A DNA stretch of 63,911 nucleotides, filler included, from Octopus bimaculoides (Eukaryota), in the NCBI RefSeq assembly GCF_001194135.2. It is 9 parts of 9 records of this genome, joined end to end, with 100 filler letters (N's around TTAATTAATTAA, not from the genome) between each part and the next. Parts side by side here need not be neighbours in the genome. Positions count along the whole stretch, not along the records: positions 16,849 to 28,491 come from NC_068981.1; positions 28,592 to 44,008 come from NC_069005.1; 7 more parts are not named here. One strand, given 5' to 3'. This document shows positions 25,080 to 36,800 of this stretch, piece by piece. The notes beneath the pieces are model-generated. The model searched no databases and was not told the DNA's origin. It saw only the letters and a list, made by a program, of their open reading frames with translations. Position 1 is the stretch's first letter, and the number at the start of each line of letters is the position of its first letter. Position numbers and translations under genes: made by a program.

Positions 25080-25546
25080 ATTTATTCAAATCCTTCAAAT
25101 TCAACGTCACTTTCAGCATCAAATAACTGTTCCATTTGTTCCTCCGTAAACATGTCAGCATCATCGTCGTGTAAATCTCCGTCATCGTCAGATTCAAAGT
25201 GAACATCAGAAGATTCACTTTCATTTATTTCATCTTTCCATACAACGTCATCCTGAGTACCATCCAGCGCAGACGATATACAACACTTTTATTTTAATAA
25301 ATGTTGCTTAATTGCAAGTTATGGATGATTCTTTTATGGCTTCATTGCTTTCAGGCTTAGCTTAAGGTATTTTCCCGCCCGACATCACAAAATGCGTCTG
25401 AATAAACATTGCGGGACAGCAAATAGACACGGACATGACTTAGAAAATATACTTTTCATTTTTAACCTCGTATATAGTACGCACGAGGGATTTTGAGCTT
25501 TAAATTTAGGGGAAAAAATGCGGATTATACCCGAAGATTTACGGTA
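25080..25546 (-). mobile_element. pogo-like DNA transposon deletion derivative
   Basis: Minus-strand 5' end TACCGTAAATCTTCGGGTATAATCCGCA (pogo-type TIR) and C-terminus CISSALDGTQDDVVW...ESDVEFEGFE*. Confidence 0.75.
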
Positions 25547-25744
25547 TGTATACTTATGCAGAATATGAGTCTGAGCACACATACGCGCGCGCGCACACAC
25601 ACACACTCACATTCAAACACACATACACGTACATACACAATCACACACACATCTTTACGTTTGCGTTATGCATGTTGTTTGTGTTCGAGTTGTGCTCAGA
25701 ATTGTAGAGTTTCGCATATTTTAAAGTTCTATATTTCTTAACAT

Positions 25745-26225
25745 TCACGGTCGTAGGATCGCGGTTTCGATTCCCAGACCAGCATTGTGAGTGTTTATTG
25801 CGCGAAAACAACCTAAAGCTTCACAAGGCTCCGGCAGGGGATGGTGGTGAACCCTGCTGTACTCATTTTTACCACAACTTTCTCTCACTCTTTCTTCCTG
25901 TTTCTGTTGTACCTGTAATTTCAAAGGGGCAGCCTTGTCACACTCTGTGTCACGCTCAATATCCCCGAGAACTACGTTACGCGTACACGTGTCTGTGGAG
26001 TGCTCAGCCACTTGCACGTTAATAAATGAGTTGCGACGTCACTGGTGCCAAGCTGTATCGGCCCCTTTACCTTTCCCTTGGATGACATCGGTGGCGTGAG
26101 GAGGGGAGGCTGGTATGCGTTGGTGACTGCTGGTCTTCCATAAACAACCTTGCCCGGACTTGTGCCTCGGAGGGTAACTTTCTAGGAGCAATCTCATGGC
26201 CATTCATGACCGAAGGGGGTCACAG
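25745..26225 (+). mobile_element. tRNA-derived SINE family C, slightly 5'-truncated
   Basis: B box GGTTTCGATTCCC, with a body highly similar to the reverse complement of 46261-46550. Confidence 0.85.
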
Positions 26226-26769
26226 CAACAATACCACCCACCGACTTTGTTGCCTCACAACTTCCAGAAAAACAGAATTGAGTGTGTAATGATTNNNNNN
26301 NNNNNNNNNNNNNNNNNNNNNNNNNNNNNNNNNNNNNNNNNNNNNNNNNNNNNNNNNNNNNNNNNNNNNNNNNNNNNNNNNNNNNNNNNNNNNNNNNNNN
26401 NNNNNNNNNNNNNNNNNNNNNNNNNNNNNNNNNNNNNNNNNNNNNNNNNNNNNNNNNNNNNNNNNNNNNNNNNNNNNNNNNNNNNNNNNNNNNNNNNNNN
26501 NNNNNNNNNNNNNNNNNNNNNNNNNNNNNNNNNNNNNNNNNNNNNNNNNNNNNNNNNNNNNNNNNNNNNNNNNNNNNNNNNNNNNNNNNNNNNNNNNNNN
26601 NNNNNNNNNNNNNNNNNNNNNNNNNNNNNNNNNNNNNNNNNNNNNNNNNNNNNNNNNNNNNNNNNNNNNNGGAGAGTCTGAGAAAATTATTACTGGGATT
26701 TATCCAGAGTGATTTTAATAAGAGGTAATGTAAAAGACGATTTATTTTGATAGCATAATTTTCCGGAGT

Positions 26770-27075
26770 GGCCGACCAAAGCCTTGTGAGTGGATTTGGT
26801 AGACGGAAACTGAAAGAAGCCCGTCGTATATATGTATATATATATATATGTATATGTATTTGTGTGTTTGTGTTTGTCCCCCTAGCATTGCTTGACAACC
26901 GATGCTGGCGTGTTTATGTCCCCGTCACTCAGCGGTTCGGCAAAAGAGACCTAGAATAAGTACTAGGTTTACAAAGAATAAGTCCCGGGGTCGATTTACT
27001 CGACTAAAGGCGGTGCTCCAGCATGGCCGCAGTCAAACTGACTGAAACAAGTAAAAGAGTAAAAAGAGTAAAGAG
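26770..27075 (+). mobile_element. SINE family A, 5'-truncated, with (GTAAAAGA)-type tail
   Basis: GGCCGACCAAAGCCTTGTGAGTGGATTTGGTAGACGG...GGCGGTGCTCCAGCATGGCCGCAGTC...AAGTAAAAGAGTAAAAAGAG. Confidence 0.9.
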
Positions 27076-27084
27076 TTAGAAAAT

Positions 27085-27570
27085 ATTTGTTTGCTTTAAG
27101 TTTTCCTCTCAAAAGATCGTCTTTAGCACCAACAACAACTTGATCCATAATAAGTCTGTCTTTTAATTCTCCAAAGCTGCAGTTTTTTGCAAGTTGGCGC
27201 AAGACAGATATGAAGGTTTCTATGTTCTCAAAATTTTCCTGTTTTCGAAGGTGGAATTGATAAGACTCATAAGCCGTGTGCGTCTCACCAACGAAAAATT
27301 CCTCGAATTTGTTAATCACTTCAGATAGGTCCTTTTTCTGTTCTTCATCGTCAAATTGTAGTCCTTCATATATATCAAAACATTCTTCTCGAATAGTTCT
27401 CCAGAAATACTGAAGTTTGATATCCAGTATCGACTTCATTTGAGAGTCGACTGGCAATTGAATAATTCAAAAAGCCTCGTTTAAATCTTCTCCAATTGCT
27501 AGCCATATTTCCTGATAAAAGACATTTACTTCGGTGGTGGGACACTAGCAGAAAAAGGCCTTGCGGACAT
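27085..27570 (-). pseudogene. Ty3/Gypsy gag N-terminal region, disrupted and truncated by a SINE
   Basis: GNMASNWRRFKRGFLNYSIA, then FEEFFVGETHTAYESYQFHLRKQ...IETFISVLRQLAKNCSFGELKDRLIMDQVVVG. Confidence 0.85.
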
Positions 27571-27626
27571 TTTCCAAATCAAAGGAAAAAAATAAAGTTT
27601 TTTTTTATTTTTTAAAATCCTTCGGG

Positions 27627-27644
27627 ATCCCACTTCTGACACCA
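27627..27644 (-). other. Primer-binding site complementary to the tRNA-Leu 3' end
   Basis: The minus strand reads TGGTGTCAGAAGTGGGAT immediately after the LTR-terminal CA. It is complementary to ...AUCCCACUUCUGACACCA, the animal tRNA-Leu(CAA) 3' end as I recall it. Confidence 0.85.
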
Positions 27645-27841
27645 TGTTGTATAATGAAGCTTGACGATATTGGTTAATAAGTGTGAGATAAGCTATTTCA
27701 ATTTATTAGCAAAGCATACCTAGTAACGGTCTCACACAATTAGTGATACAAATGTGTTCTTTTTAAACTAGAGATTTCCCGTTATGGTAGGTGAGTAATG
27801 GAAGGGAGATAACACCACACAAATAAACCGTCTCGACAACA
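27645..27841 (-). mobile_element. 5' LTR (197 bp) of the Gypsy element
   Basis: TGTTGT...ACAACA inverted termini, minus-strand AATAAA at 27702-27707, and the LTR abuts the PBS. Confidence 0.8.
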
Positions 27842-28075
27842 GACGTTGAGGTCTAGCTCGACTCCTAGCTTGGTGATATCATCAATGCCCAGAGCGGGCC
27901 CGAGTAGGTCGCCCTGTTGGACTCGTAAGATGGAGGTGATGGTTTGGTCACCGAAAGAGAGATAATCCTGCCATGCAAGGCGGTAGAGTTGTGGGACTTT
28001 CTATCTTACTGAGCTGAGGACAACATCGCGGCTGATGGAGTACTTCTCCCAACCACCAATTAATAAGCATTGATT
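27842..28075 (-). mobile_element. CRE-like (RLE-class) LINE reverse transcriptase fragment
   Basis: ISRDVVLSSVR*KVPQLYRLAWQDYLSFGDQTITSILRVQQGDLLGP...LDLNV, breaking off exactly at the LTR's TG. Confidence 0.65.
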
Positions 28076-28094
28076 TCCTACATGGACCTCTCTC

Positions 28095-28183
28095 TTTTAC
28101 TCGTTTCAGTCATTTGACTGCGGCCATAAACACACCAGCATCGGTTGTCAAGCAATGCTACGGGGACACACACAGACACACAA

Positions 28184-28224
<41 letters not shown>

Positions 28225-28397
28225 CATATATACGACGGGTTTCTTTCAGCTTCCGTCTACCAAATCCACTCACAAGGCCTTGGTCGGCCCGAGGCTATAG
28301 TAGGAGACACTTGCCCAAGGTGCCAGACAGTGGGACTGAACCCGGAACCATGTGGTTGGTAAACAAGCTACTTACCACACAGCCACTCCTGCGCCTA
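28095..28397 (-). mobile_element. SINE family A with an internal deletion in the 3' half
   Basis: Intact head (minus strand AGGCGCAGGAGTGGCTGTGTGGTAAG), (CA)(TA)n and a shortened tail. Confidence 0.9.
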
Positions 28398-28591
28398 TGG
28401 ATATTTTTTAATGAGATTTTATACAAATACCTTTCAAACGGTGTAGGTTACGGTTACAAAGAAACCTGTGGGCAAACCTTTTGGTTAATACNNNNNNNNN
28501 NNNNNNNNNNNNNNNNNNNNNNNNNNNNNNNNNNNTTAATTAATTAANNNNNNNNNNNNNNNNNNNNNNNNNNNNNNNNNNNNNNNNNNNN

Positions 28592-28985
28592 GCAGAAACG
28601 TTAGGACGCCGGGCGAAATGCTTAACGGTATTTCGTCTGTCGTTACGTTCTGAGTTCAAATTCCACCGAGGTCGACTTTGCCTTTCATCCTTTCGGGGTC
28701 GATTAAATAAGTACCAGTTACGCACTGGGGTCGATATAATCGACTTAATCCGTTTGTCTGTCTTTGTTTGTCCCCTTTGTGTATAGCCCCTTGTGGGCAG
28801 TAAAGAAATAGGTATTTCGTCTGCCGCTACGTTTTCAGTTCAAATTCCGCCGAGGTCGACTTTGCCTTTCATCCTTTCGTGGTCAATGAATTAAGAACCA
28901 GTTGTGTACTGGGGTCGATCTAATCGACTGACCCTCTCCCCAAAAATTTCGGGCCTTGTGCCGAGAGTAGAAAAGATTAATGATA
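28592..28985 (+). mobile_element. SINE family B, two head-to-tail copies
   Basis: GGTATTTCGTCTG...GTTCAAATTCC.CCGAGGTCGACTTTGCCTTTCATCCTTTCG...CTGGGGTCGAT occurs twice (~28627 and ~28811). Confidence 0.85.
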
Positions 28986-28989
28986 AGAT

Positions 28990-29555
28990 GACTTTTGTCT
29001 ATTGATGGATACTGCACGGTGGTGGAGTATGTACAATTTCTCTCTGGGATAGACTTGGTTATCGCTGACCCCGAGTGAGTAAAGAGAGGTCTTGTCAAAG
29101 ACGCTTCATGTGACGTTGAGGGAGTTATTTCGAAGGTCCCAAGGTCTCTAGATGAAGTTAGGCTGCGAAGTTAAATTTTCCCTGTCTCTACACTTGTAGA
29201 GGTGTTGAGAGCATCTACCCTTAAAGCAATTGGGCATCACGCTCGTGTAGTGTTTTGTCATAGCATTGGACTATATGAGGGTGGCTGTATAAATTACAGC
29301 TTTTGAGAGGCAGAATCCTCTCAATAGGCAGTTAGTAGAATTTCAGAAATTACGGGCTGTGATGTGGATTGGGGGTTGTGTAGGTACGTGCTTGCTTCAA
29401 TTGTCGCTGAATAGCTAACCTTGATATTGTGGGAATTAAAGAGTTTATGATAACTATGGGTTTGGGGGAAATGTTTTTTAACTAGCATCAGGAAGCTCCT
29501 AGCTATATTAGTAGAAGCCCCGAGATTGAAAGGTGGATTGAACCAGAAATCTGTT
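28990..29555 (-). mobile_element. Penelope-like element 3' part (RT thumb, Cys linker, GIY-YIG)
   Basis: WFNPPFN...TNIARSFL, HKLFNSHNIKVSYS, CLLRGFCLSKAVIYTAT...CFKGRCSQH...WDLRNN, and EKLYI. Confidence 0.8.
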
Positions 29556-29847
29556 TTTCTTTCTCACTCTCTCTCTCTCTCTCTCTCCCGGTTTGGTGGT
29601 GGGGCTGGAGATCCTTTATGCACTTACATAGTAAAGTAAATTTTTGTTTGTGCCCCCTTATAATGGTCTGTGGACCCGTTGGAAATCTTTATGTCCACTG
29701 ATAGACTTGAGATGCTCATGGCTAAGTTTCTACATATATACACACATATATACACATTTAGACAGATACAGGCAGAGAGTCCGAGAGAGGCAAAGACAGA
29801 CAGACAGACAGACAGAGCTACAATTTCATTTTCCTTTAATATCCTCT

Positions 29848-29902
<55 letters not shown>

Positions 29903-30394
29903 NNNNNNNNNNNNNNNNNNNNNNNNNNNNNNNNNNNNNNNNNNNNNNNNNNNNNNNNNNNNNNNNNNNNNNNNNNNNNNNNNNNNNNNNNNNNNNNNNN
30001 NNNNNNNNNNNNNNNNNNNNNNNNNNNNNNNNNNNNNNNNNNNNNNNNNNNNNNNNNNNNNNNNNNNNNNNNNNNNNNNNNNNNNNNNNNNNNNNNNNNN
30101 NNNNNNNNNNNNNNNNNNNNNNNNNNNNNNNNNNNNNNNNNNNNNNNNNNNNNNNNNNNNNNNNNNNNNNNNNNNNNNNNNNNNNNNNNNNNNNNNNNNN
30201 NNNNNNNNNNNNNNNNNNNNNNNNNNNNNNNNNNNNNNNNNNNNNNNNNNNNNNNNNNNNNNNNNNNNNNNNNNNNNNNNNNNNNNNNNNNNNNNNNNNN
30301 NNNNNNNNNNNNNNNNNNNNNNNNNNNNNNNNNNNNNNNNNNNNNNNNNNNNNNNNNNNNNNNNNNNNNNNNNATATATATATATATATATATA

Positions 30395-30545
30395 ATGAAC
30401 TTTCAGCTTCCGTTTACCAAGACCACTCTCACGACTTTGGTCAATGGTAGAATACATTTGCCCAAGGTGACACGCAATGAGACTGAACCTGGAGCCATGT
30501 GGTAGGGAAGCAGATTTCTTACCACATAGCCATATATGCGCCTGT
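30395..30545 (-). mobile_element. SINE family A 5' half, decayed
   Basis: TTGCCCAAGGTG...GACTGAACC...CTTACCACATAGCC. Confidence 0.8.
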
Positions 30546-30574
30546 ATTGGTCATCTTTGGCTGAAGGAGCATCG

Positions 30575-30900
30575 TTCGTCTTAAGTTCGTTCCACAAGAT
30601 GAGGCAATCACTAAAAGAGTTTACTTAGATGTTGAGATTCTGAAGAGGCAACAGGAAAGAAGAAATCTGGGACATAGACAAGCAAATCCTAAAGGCCTCA
30701 TTCACTTCAACATACCTGAATACGTGTTATTCTGTGACTTTTTCACGAAGTACAAGACTCTTGACCCTCAATCACTCTTCTCTCAAGATTTGGTCCCCGA
30801 GGAATTTTTTCTCCCCTTTCAAAACCGAAATCTACTCTGAAAAGTTGCCGGTTTCAGGTCATAGAGAAGATTGAAGACAATCTGGTGTTATTTAAGCGTA
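30575..30900 (+). mobile_element. mariner (DD34D-type) transposase C-terminal relic
   Basis: FVPQDEAITKRVY..., SQDLVPEEFFL, KSTLKSCRFQVIEKIEDNL is a degraded YSPDLAPxDFFLFPKLKxxLKGRRF motif. Confidence 0.65.
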
Positions 30901-31534
30901 CGTTCTACCTTGGTATCCGTAGTCTACACTGTGAGATGATCTTACCCCTGGGTTAGGGGTAAGCTTGTGGCTTGGAGTTAGGGTTAGGTTTTCGACTTCG
31001 GTTTACGATCAAGGATTAGGCTCAGATTCACGTTGAAGTGTAAACGGCCGGGTAGACCACTTAAATGGCATCTGATATTATAAGAACTGCATCAAGAATC
31101 CTTGAAAAACGAATTCCAGAAAATGGTCCAAAACTGGATTAAATTGTTAGGTGTGGAATTAAGATCTGTCTCGAAGAAGACAATTCTGATTAAATTCTCA
31201 ATTCTAAGCAAATCAATAACTTTATTTAAAATCAAAACAGGTTCGGTTTACTTTTGGTAAGTGCATGCGCGCGCGCGTGTTGACATTTGGACCGCAGCTG
31301 GAAGTCGAGCTTTTACAAACGAATATTTTGTTGTTGCTGTTGTTGTTGTTGTTGTTGTGTTTATGTTTGCTATTTTTTTTTTCGATATAAACCATTGTTG
31401 TTATTCTTGTCTTCATGTCAAGGCTTGTGGGAACTGACGCAGCCGTCTTAAAGTCTTTTCTTCGCTTTTTCTAATCTAATGAAACTCTATCAATCAATTG
31501 ACTGATAACAATATGAACACAACACCTCCTCTTT

Positions 31535-31545
31535 CTTCCTCTCTC

Positions 31546-31639
<94 letters not shown>

Positions 31640-31670
31640 CCCCTCCTTCTCTCTTTCTCTCTCTCTCTCT
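31535..31670. repeat. (CT)n microsatellite
   Basis: Direct reading. Confidence 0.95.
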
Positions 31671-33851
31671 TTTGCTTTCAAACAACCGTTAGTCTTTCAT
31701 TTTCACCATCTTTTTCTCGCCTCGATTCCTCTCGTCCTCTCTTTCCCTTTCATCTAACCACTTACGCTTTCGTCTTCAACTTCTTCCCCCTCCTCTCTCT
31801 CCCTCTCTTTTTCACTTTATCTATCTATTTATCTATCTATCTAATGTATCTATTTATCTCTTCCCCACTTCCTCTCTGTCACACACAACACACCTCAGAA
31901 ACACTTCAGAAAAGTCAATCTGATTCGCTAAGCAAGATTTATTCACGTGTTATAATCGTTATTTTAACAATGCAGTCAAGTGATATGAGACGAATAAGAC
32001 AGTGACAGACAGACAGACAAAGGGCGAAAGAGGGCAAATAAGAGTGGAAGAGAGAGAGAGAGAGAAAAATCAAAGGGGAGAGAGAGAGAGAGAGAAATCA
32101 AAGGGGAGAGAGAGGAGGAGTGGGCAACGAAGAAGGCAAAGTTTTTTGCTTTACTAAAGTCAGTCAAATACAGAACGCGGGTGTTCCTCTGCATTTTCCT
32201 GGCCATACACGTTAAGATTAATGCGGCTGATGTTCAGCTTGAACATCAGTTGGTTGCTGTGGTTTTAGCCATGGGTCAGCNNNNNNNNNNNNNNNNNNNN
32301 NNNNNNNNNNNNNNNNNNNNNNNNNNNNNNNNNNNNNNNNNNNNNNNNNNNNNNNNNNNNNNNNNNNNNNNNNNNNNNNNNNNNNNNNNNNNNNNNNNNN
32401 NNNNNNNNNNNNNNNNNNNNNNNNNNNNNNNNNNNNNNNNNNNNNNNNNNNNNNNNNNNNNNNNNNNNNNNNNNNNNNNNNNNNNNNNNNNNNNNNNNNN
32501 NNNNNNNNNNNNNNNNNNNNNNNNNNNNNNNNNNNNNNNNNNNNNNNNNNNNNNNNNNNNNNNNNNNNNNNNNNNNNNNNNNNNNNNNNNNNNNNNNNNN
32601 NNNNNNNNNNNNNNNNNNNNNNNNNNNNNNNNNNNNNNNNNNNNNNNNNNNNNNNNNNNNNNNNNNNNNNNNNNNNNNNNNNNNNNNNNNNNNNNNNNNN
32701 NNNNNNNNNNNNNNNNNNNNNNNNNNNNNNNNNNNNNNNNNNNNNNNNNNNNNNNNNNNNNNNNNNNNNNNNNNNNNNNNNNNNNNNNNNNNNNNNNNNN
32801 NNNNNNNNNNNNNNNNNNNNNNNNNNNNNNNNNNNNNNNNNNNNNNNNNNNNNNNNNNNNNNNNNNNNNNNNNNNNNNNNNNNNNNNNNNNNNNNNNNNN
32901 NNNNNNNNNNNNNNNNNNNNNNNNNNNNNNNNNNNNNNNNNNNNNNNNNNNNNNNNNNNNNNNNNNNNNNNNNNNNNNNNNNNNNNNNNNNNNNNNNNNN
33001 NNNNNNNNNNNNNNNNNNNNNNNNNNNNNNNNNNNNNNNNNNNNNNNNNNNNNNNNNNNNNNNNNNNNNNNNNNNNNNNNNNNNNNNNNNNNNNNNNNNN
33101 NNNNNNNNNNNNNNNNNNNNNNNNNNNNNNNGTCATCGTAACCGACGGAGTGCCAACTATATATATTAGTGAAAAGTTTCGTCAAAAAAATTTTGCTGTA
33201 GTAGAAGGGTAAGACAAAAATATGAAATGTTGTCCTGGCTGACGAATTGAAGTTAATTGAAGGAGGAGTTCTTTTCCGACGTGAATCCGCTGGGGATTTG
33301 AACCTCGCGCCCCGGTAATGGAGTACGAAGAAATTAAAGATAAGATAAAATGGTGAGAGATGTTTTTAACTGAAAAACTTCGACTAGACTTAGAAAAATC
33401 TTTTTGCTTAAAATTTTGTTTTAAAAAAGAGTGAATTCTTGTAACCAATTTGTTAAATGAGTATTTATTCATTTTAGTTAAACTTCAAAGTTTTAAAATA
33501 AAAAGGGATAATCTTGTAGTCATCTCGGATCGGGGCCGGGATGTCCTTTTTCATCTTCATTTTATATATTTCATTCCATTCTTCCATTCGTGTGTTTTTT
33601 GTCCCCGCATGTTTTTGTATGTCCCCTCTGTGTTGGCCCTTGTGGCTGCATTGAAATTTATTCGTAATTTCTCCGCTTTTGGATTAGTTCATTTCATATG
33701 TGAGTGTTGCATTGTTGGATTATTATTGTTGGAACTCTTTTGGGTTTTTCTTTTCTGTGTACAAACATCCAATTAAGCATACGTATATGCATGTATGTAT
33801 TTTTTTAATATTTTTTATAAATAATAGCAATAAAAGTAACGTTTTTATTTT

Positions 33852-36800
33852 TACGTACGTACGTACGAACGACTGAACGAACGAACGTACGTACCTACGA
33901 CGTGCGTACGTACGTACGTACGTACCTACGTACCTGCGTACCAACGTGTGTACGTACGAACTAACGAACGAAGGAACGTACGTTGATAAGTACGTACGAA
34001 AGAACGAACGATCGTACGTAAGTACGTACCTTAGTACGTACGCACGAATGAACAAACGAACGTAAATACGTAAGTAACTACGAAAGAACGACCGAACGAA
34101 CGTACGAACGAACGAACGATGTAACGAAAGAACAAACGAAGGTACGTACATACGTACGTACCTGCGTACCAACGTGTGTACGGACGTACAAGCGTACGTA
34201 CGAACTAACGAACGAACGTACGTACGTAGATAAGTACGTACGAACGAACGATCGTACGTAAGTACGTACCTAAGTACGTACGCACGAACGAACAAACGAA
34301 CGTACATACGTACGTAACTACGATATAACTAACGAAAGAATGAACCAACGAATGAACAAACAAACATACGTACGAACGAAGGTACGTACGTACGATCAAG
34401 CGAAAGATTGAAAGAACGAAAGAACGTATAAACGTACGATTGAACGAGCGTACGTGCGTACGAGCGAAAGGAAGAACAAACGAACTAAAGAACGAAATAA
34501 AGAAAAAACGAACGAACATACAAACGTAAATACGTACGAACGAACTGACGAACGAAACAACGAACGAAAGAACGAACGTACGTACGTATGCACGAACAAT
34601 CATACGTACGTATGTACGTACGGACGTACAAACGAACGACAGAACGAACGTACGTGCGTACGTACCACGTGCGTACGTACCACGTGCGTACGTACGTACC
34701 GGCGTACTTACGTAGATAAGTCCGTACGAACGAACGAACGATCTTACGTAAGTAGGTACCTAAGTACGTACGCACGAATGAACAAACGAACGTACCTACG
34801 AACGAACGAACGAACGAACGAACGAACTAAGGAAAGAATGAACCAACGAATGAACGAACGTAAGTACGTACGAACGAACGAAAGATTGAACGAACGAAAG
34901 TACGTATGTACGTACGAACGAACGTACGTGCGTACGAAAGAAAGAACAAACGAACTAAAGAAGGAAATAAAGAAAAAAGGAACATACATACGTACGTAAA
35001 TACGTACGAACGAACGAGCGAAATTACGTTCGAACGAACAGACGAACGAACGAACGAACGAATGATCAAACGAAAGAATTAACGAACGAACGTACCTATG
35101 AACGAACGAACGATCAAAGGAACGAACGAAAGAACGAACTACGTACGTACGCACGAACAATCGTACGTACGTATGTATGTACGGACGTACAAACGAACGA
35201 TAGAACGAACGAACGTACGTACGAAGGAACGAATGAACGTACGTATGAAAGAATGATCGAACGAAGTAACGAATGAACGAAAGAACTAACGAAGGTACGT
35301 ACATACGTATGTACGTACGAACGACCGAACGAACGTACGTGCGTACGTACGTACGTACTTGCGTACCAACGTGTGTACGTACGTACACGCGTACGAACGA
35401 ACTAACAAACGAACGTACGTACGTAGATAAGTTCGTACGAACGAACGAACGATCGTACGTAAGTACTACCTAACTACGTACGCACGTATAAACAAACGTA
35501 CGAACATACGTACGTACCTAAGAACGAACGAACGAACTAACGAAAGAATGAACCAACGAATGAACAAACAAACGTACGTTCGTACAAAAGAATGTGCGTG
35601 GGTACGAATGAATGAACGAACGAAAGTACATACGTACATAACTACATACGAATTACGAAAGAATTAACCAACGAATGAACAATCAAACGTACGTACGTAC
35701 GAACGAATTAACGAACGAAAGTAGGTACGTACGTACGAACGAACGAAAGATTGAACGAACGAAAGTAAGTATGTACGTACGAACGAACGATCGAACGAAC
35801 GAAAGAATTAACGTACGTACGAACGAACGAACGTACGTATGTACGAATGTACGAACGAACGAACGATCGAACGAACAATCGTACGTACCTACCTACGTAC
35901 GGACGTACAAACGAACGATCGAAGGAACGAACGTACGTACGTACGAACGTACGTACGTACGGACGTACAAATGAACGATGGAAGGAACGAACGTACGTAA
36001 GAACGAACGTACGTAAGAACGAACGTACGTAAGAACGAACGTACGTAAGAACGAACGAACGATCTAACGAAAGAACGAAAGAACTAACGAAGGTACGTAC
36101 ATACATATGTATGTACGACCGAACGAACGAACGTACGTACGACGTACGCCGTGCGTGCATTCGTACGTACCTGCGTACCAACGTGTGTACGTACCTACAA
36201 GCGTACGTACGAACTAACGAACCAACGAAAGAACGAACGATCGTACGTAAGTACGTAACTAAGTACGTACGAACGAATGAGCAAGCGAATGTACATACGT
36301 ACGTAACTACGAACGAACTAACGAAGGAATGAACCGACGAATGAACAAACAAACGTACGAACTACGCACGAATGTGCGAACGTATGAACGAATGAACGAA
36401 CGAAAGTACGCACGTACGATCAAACGATAGATTGAACGAACGAAAGATTGAACGAACGAAAGAACGTATATACGTACGATCGAACGAATGAACGTACGTG
36501 CGTACAAACGAACTAAAGAAAGAAATAACGAACGAACATACGTACGTAAATACGTACGAACGAACGAACTGAAGAACGAAAGAACGAACGAACGATCGAA
36601 CCAAAGCATTAACGAACAAACGTACGTAGGAACGAACGAACGTACGTATGTAAGAATGAACGAAAGAACGTTCGAAGGAACAAACGAAAGAACGAACGTA
36701 CGTACGTACGCACGAATGAACTAACGAAAGAATGAACCAACGAATGAACAAACAAGCGTACGTACGTACGCACGAATGTGCGTACGTACAAACGAATGAA

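Noticed and set aside
30945-31025. TTAGGG-like words (GGGTTAGGGG, GTTAGGGTTAGG)
   Set aside because: There are only two or three degenerate units, too few for an interstitial telomere. They are probably internal to a decayed DNA element.
32130-32280. Minus-strand LYLTDFSKA, resembling the RT motif DFSKAFD
   Set aside because: The match is too short, no flanking RT motifs are visible, and the sequence is cut by a gap.
33132-33450. Short open frames just upstream of the satellite (VIVTDGVPTIY..., VVLADELKLIEGG...)
   Set aside because: They are interrupted by stops, truncated by a gap and contain no recognisable motif.
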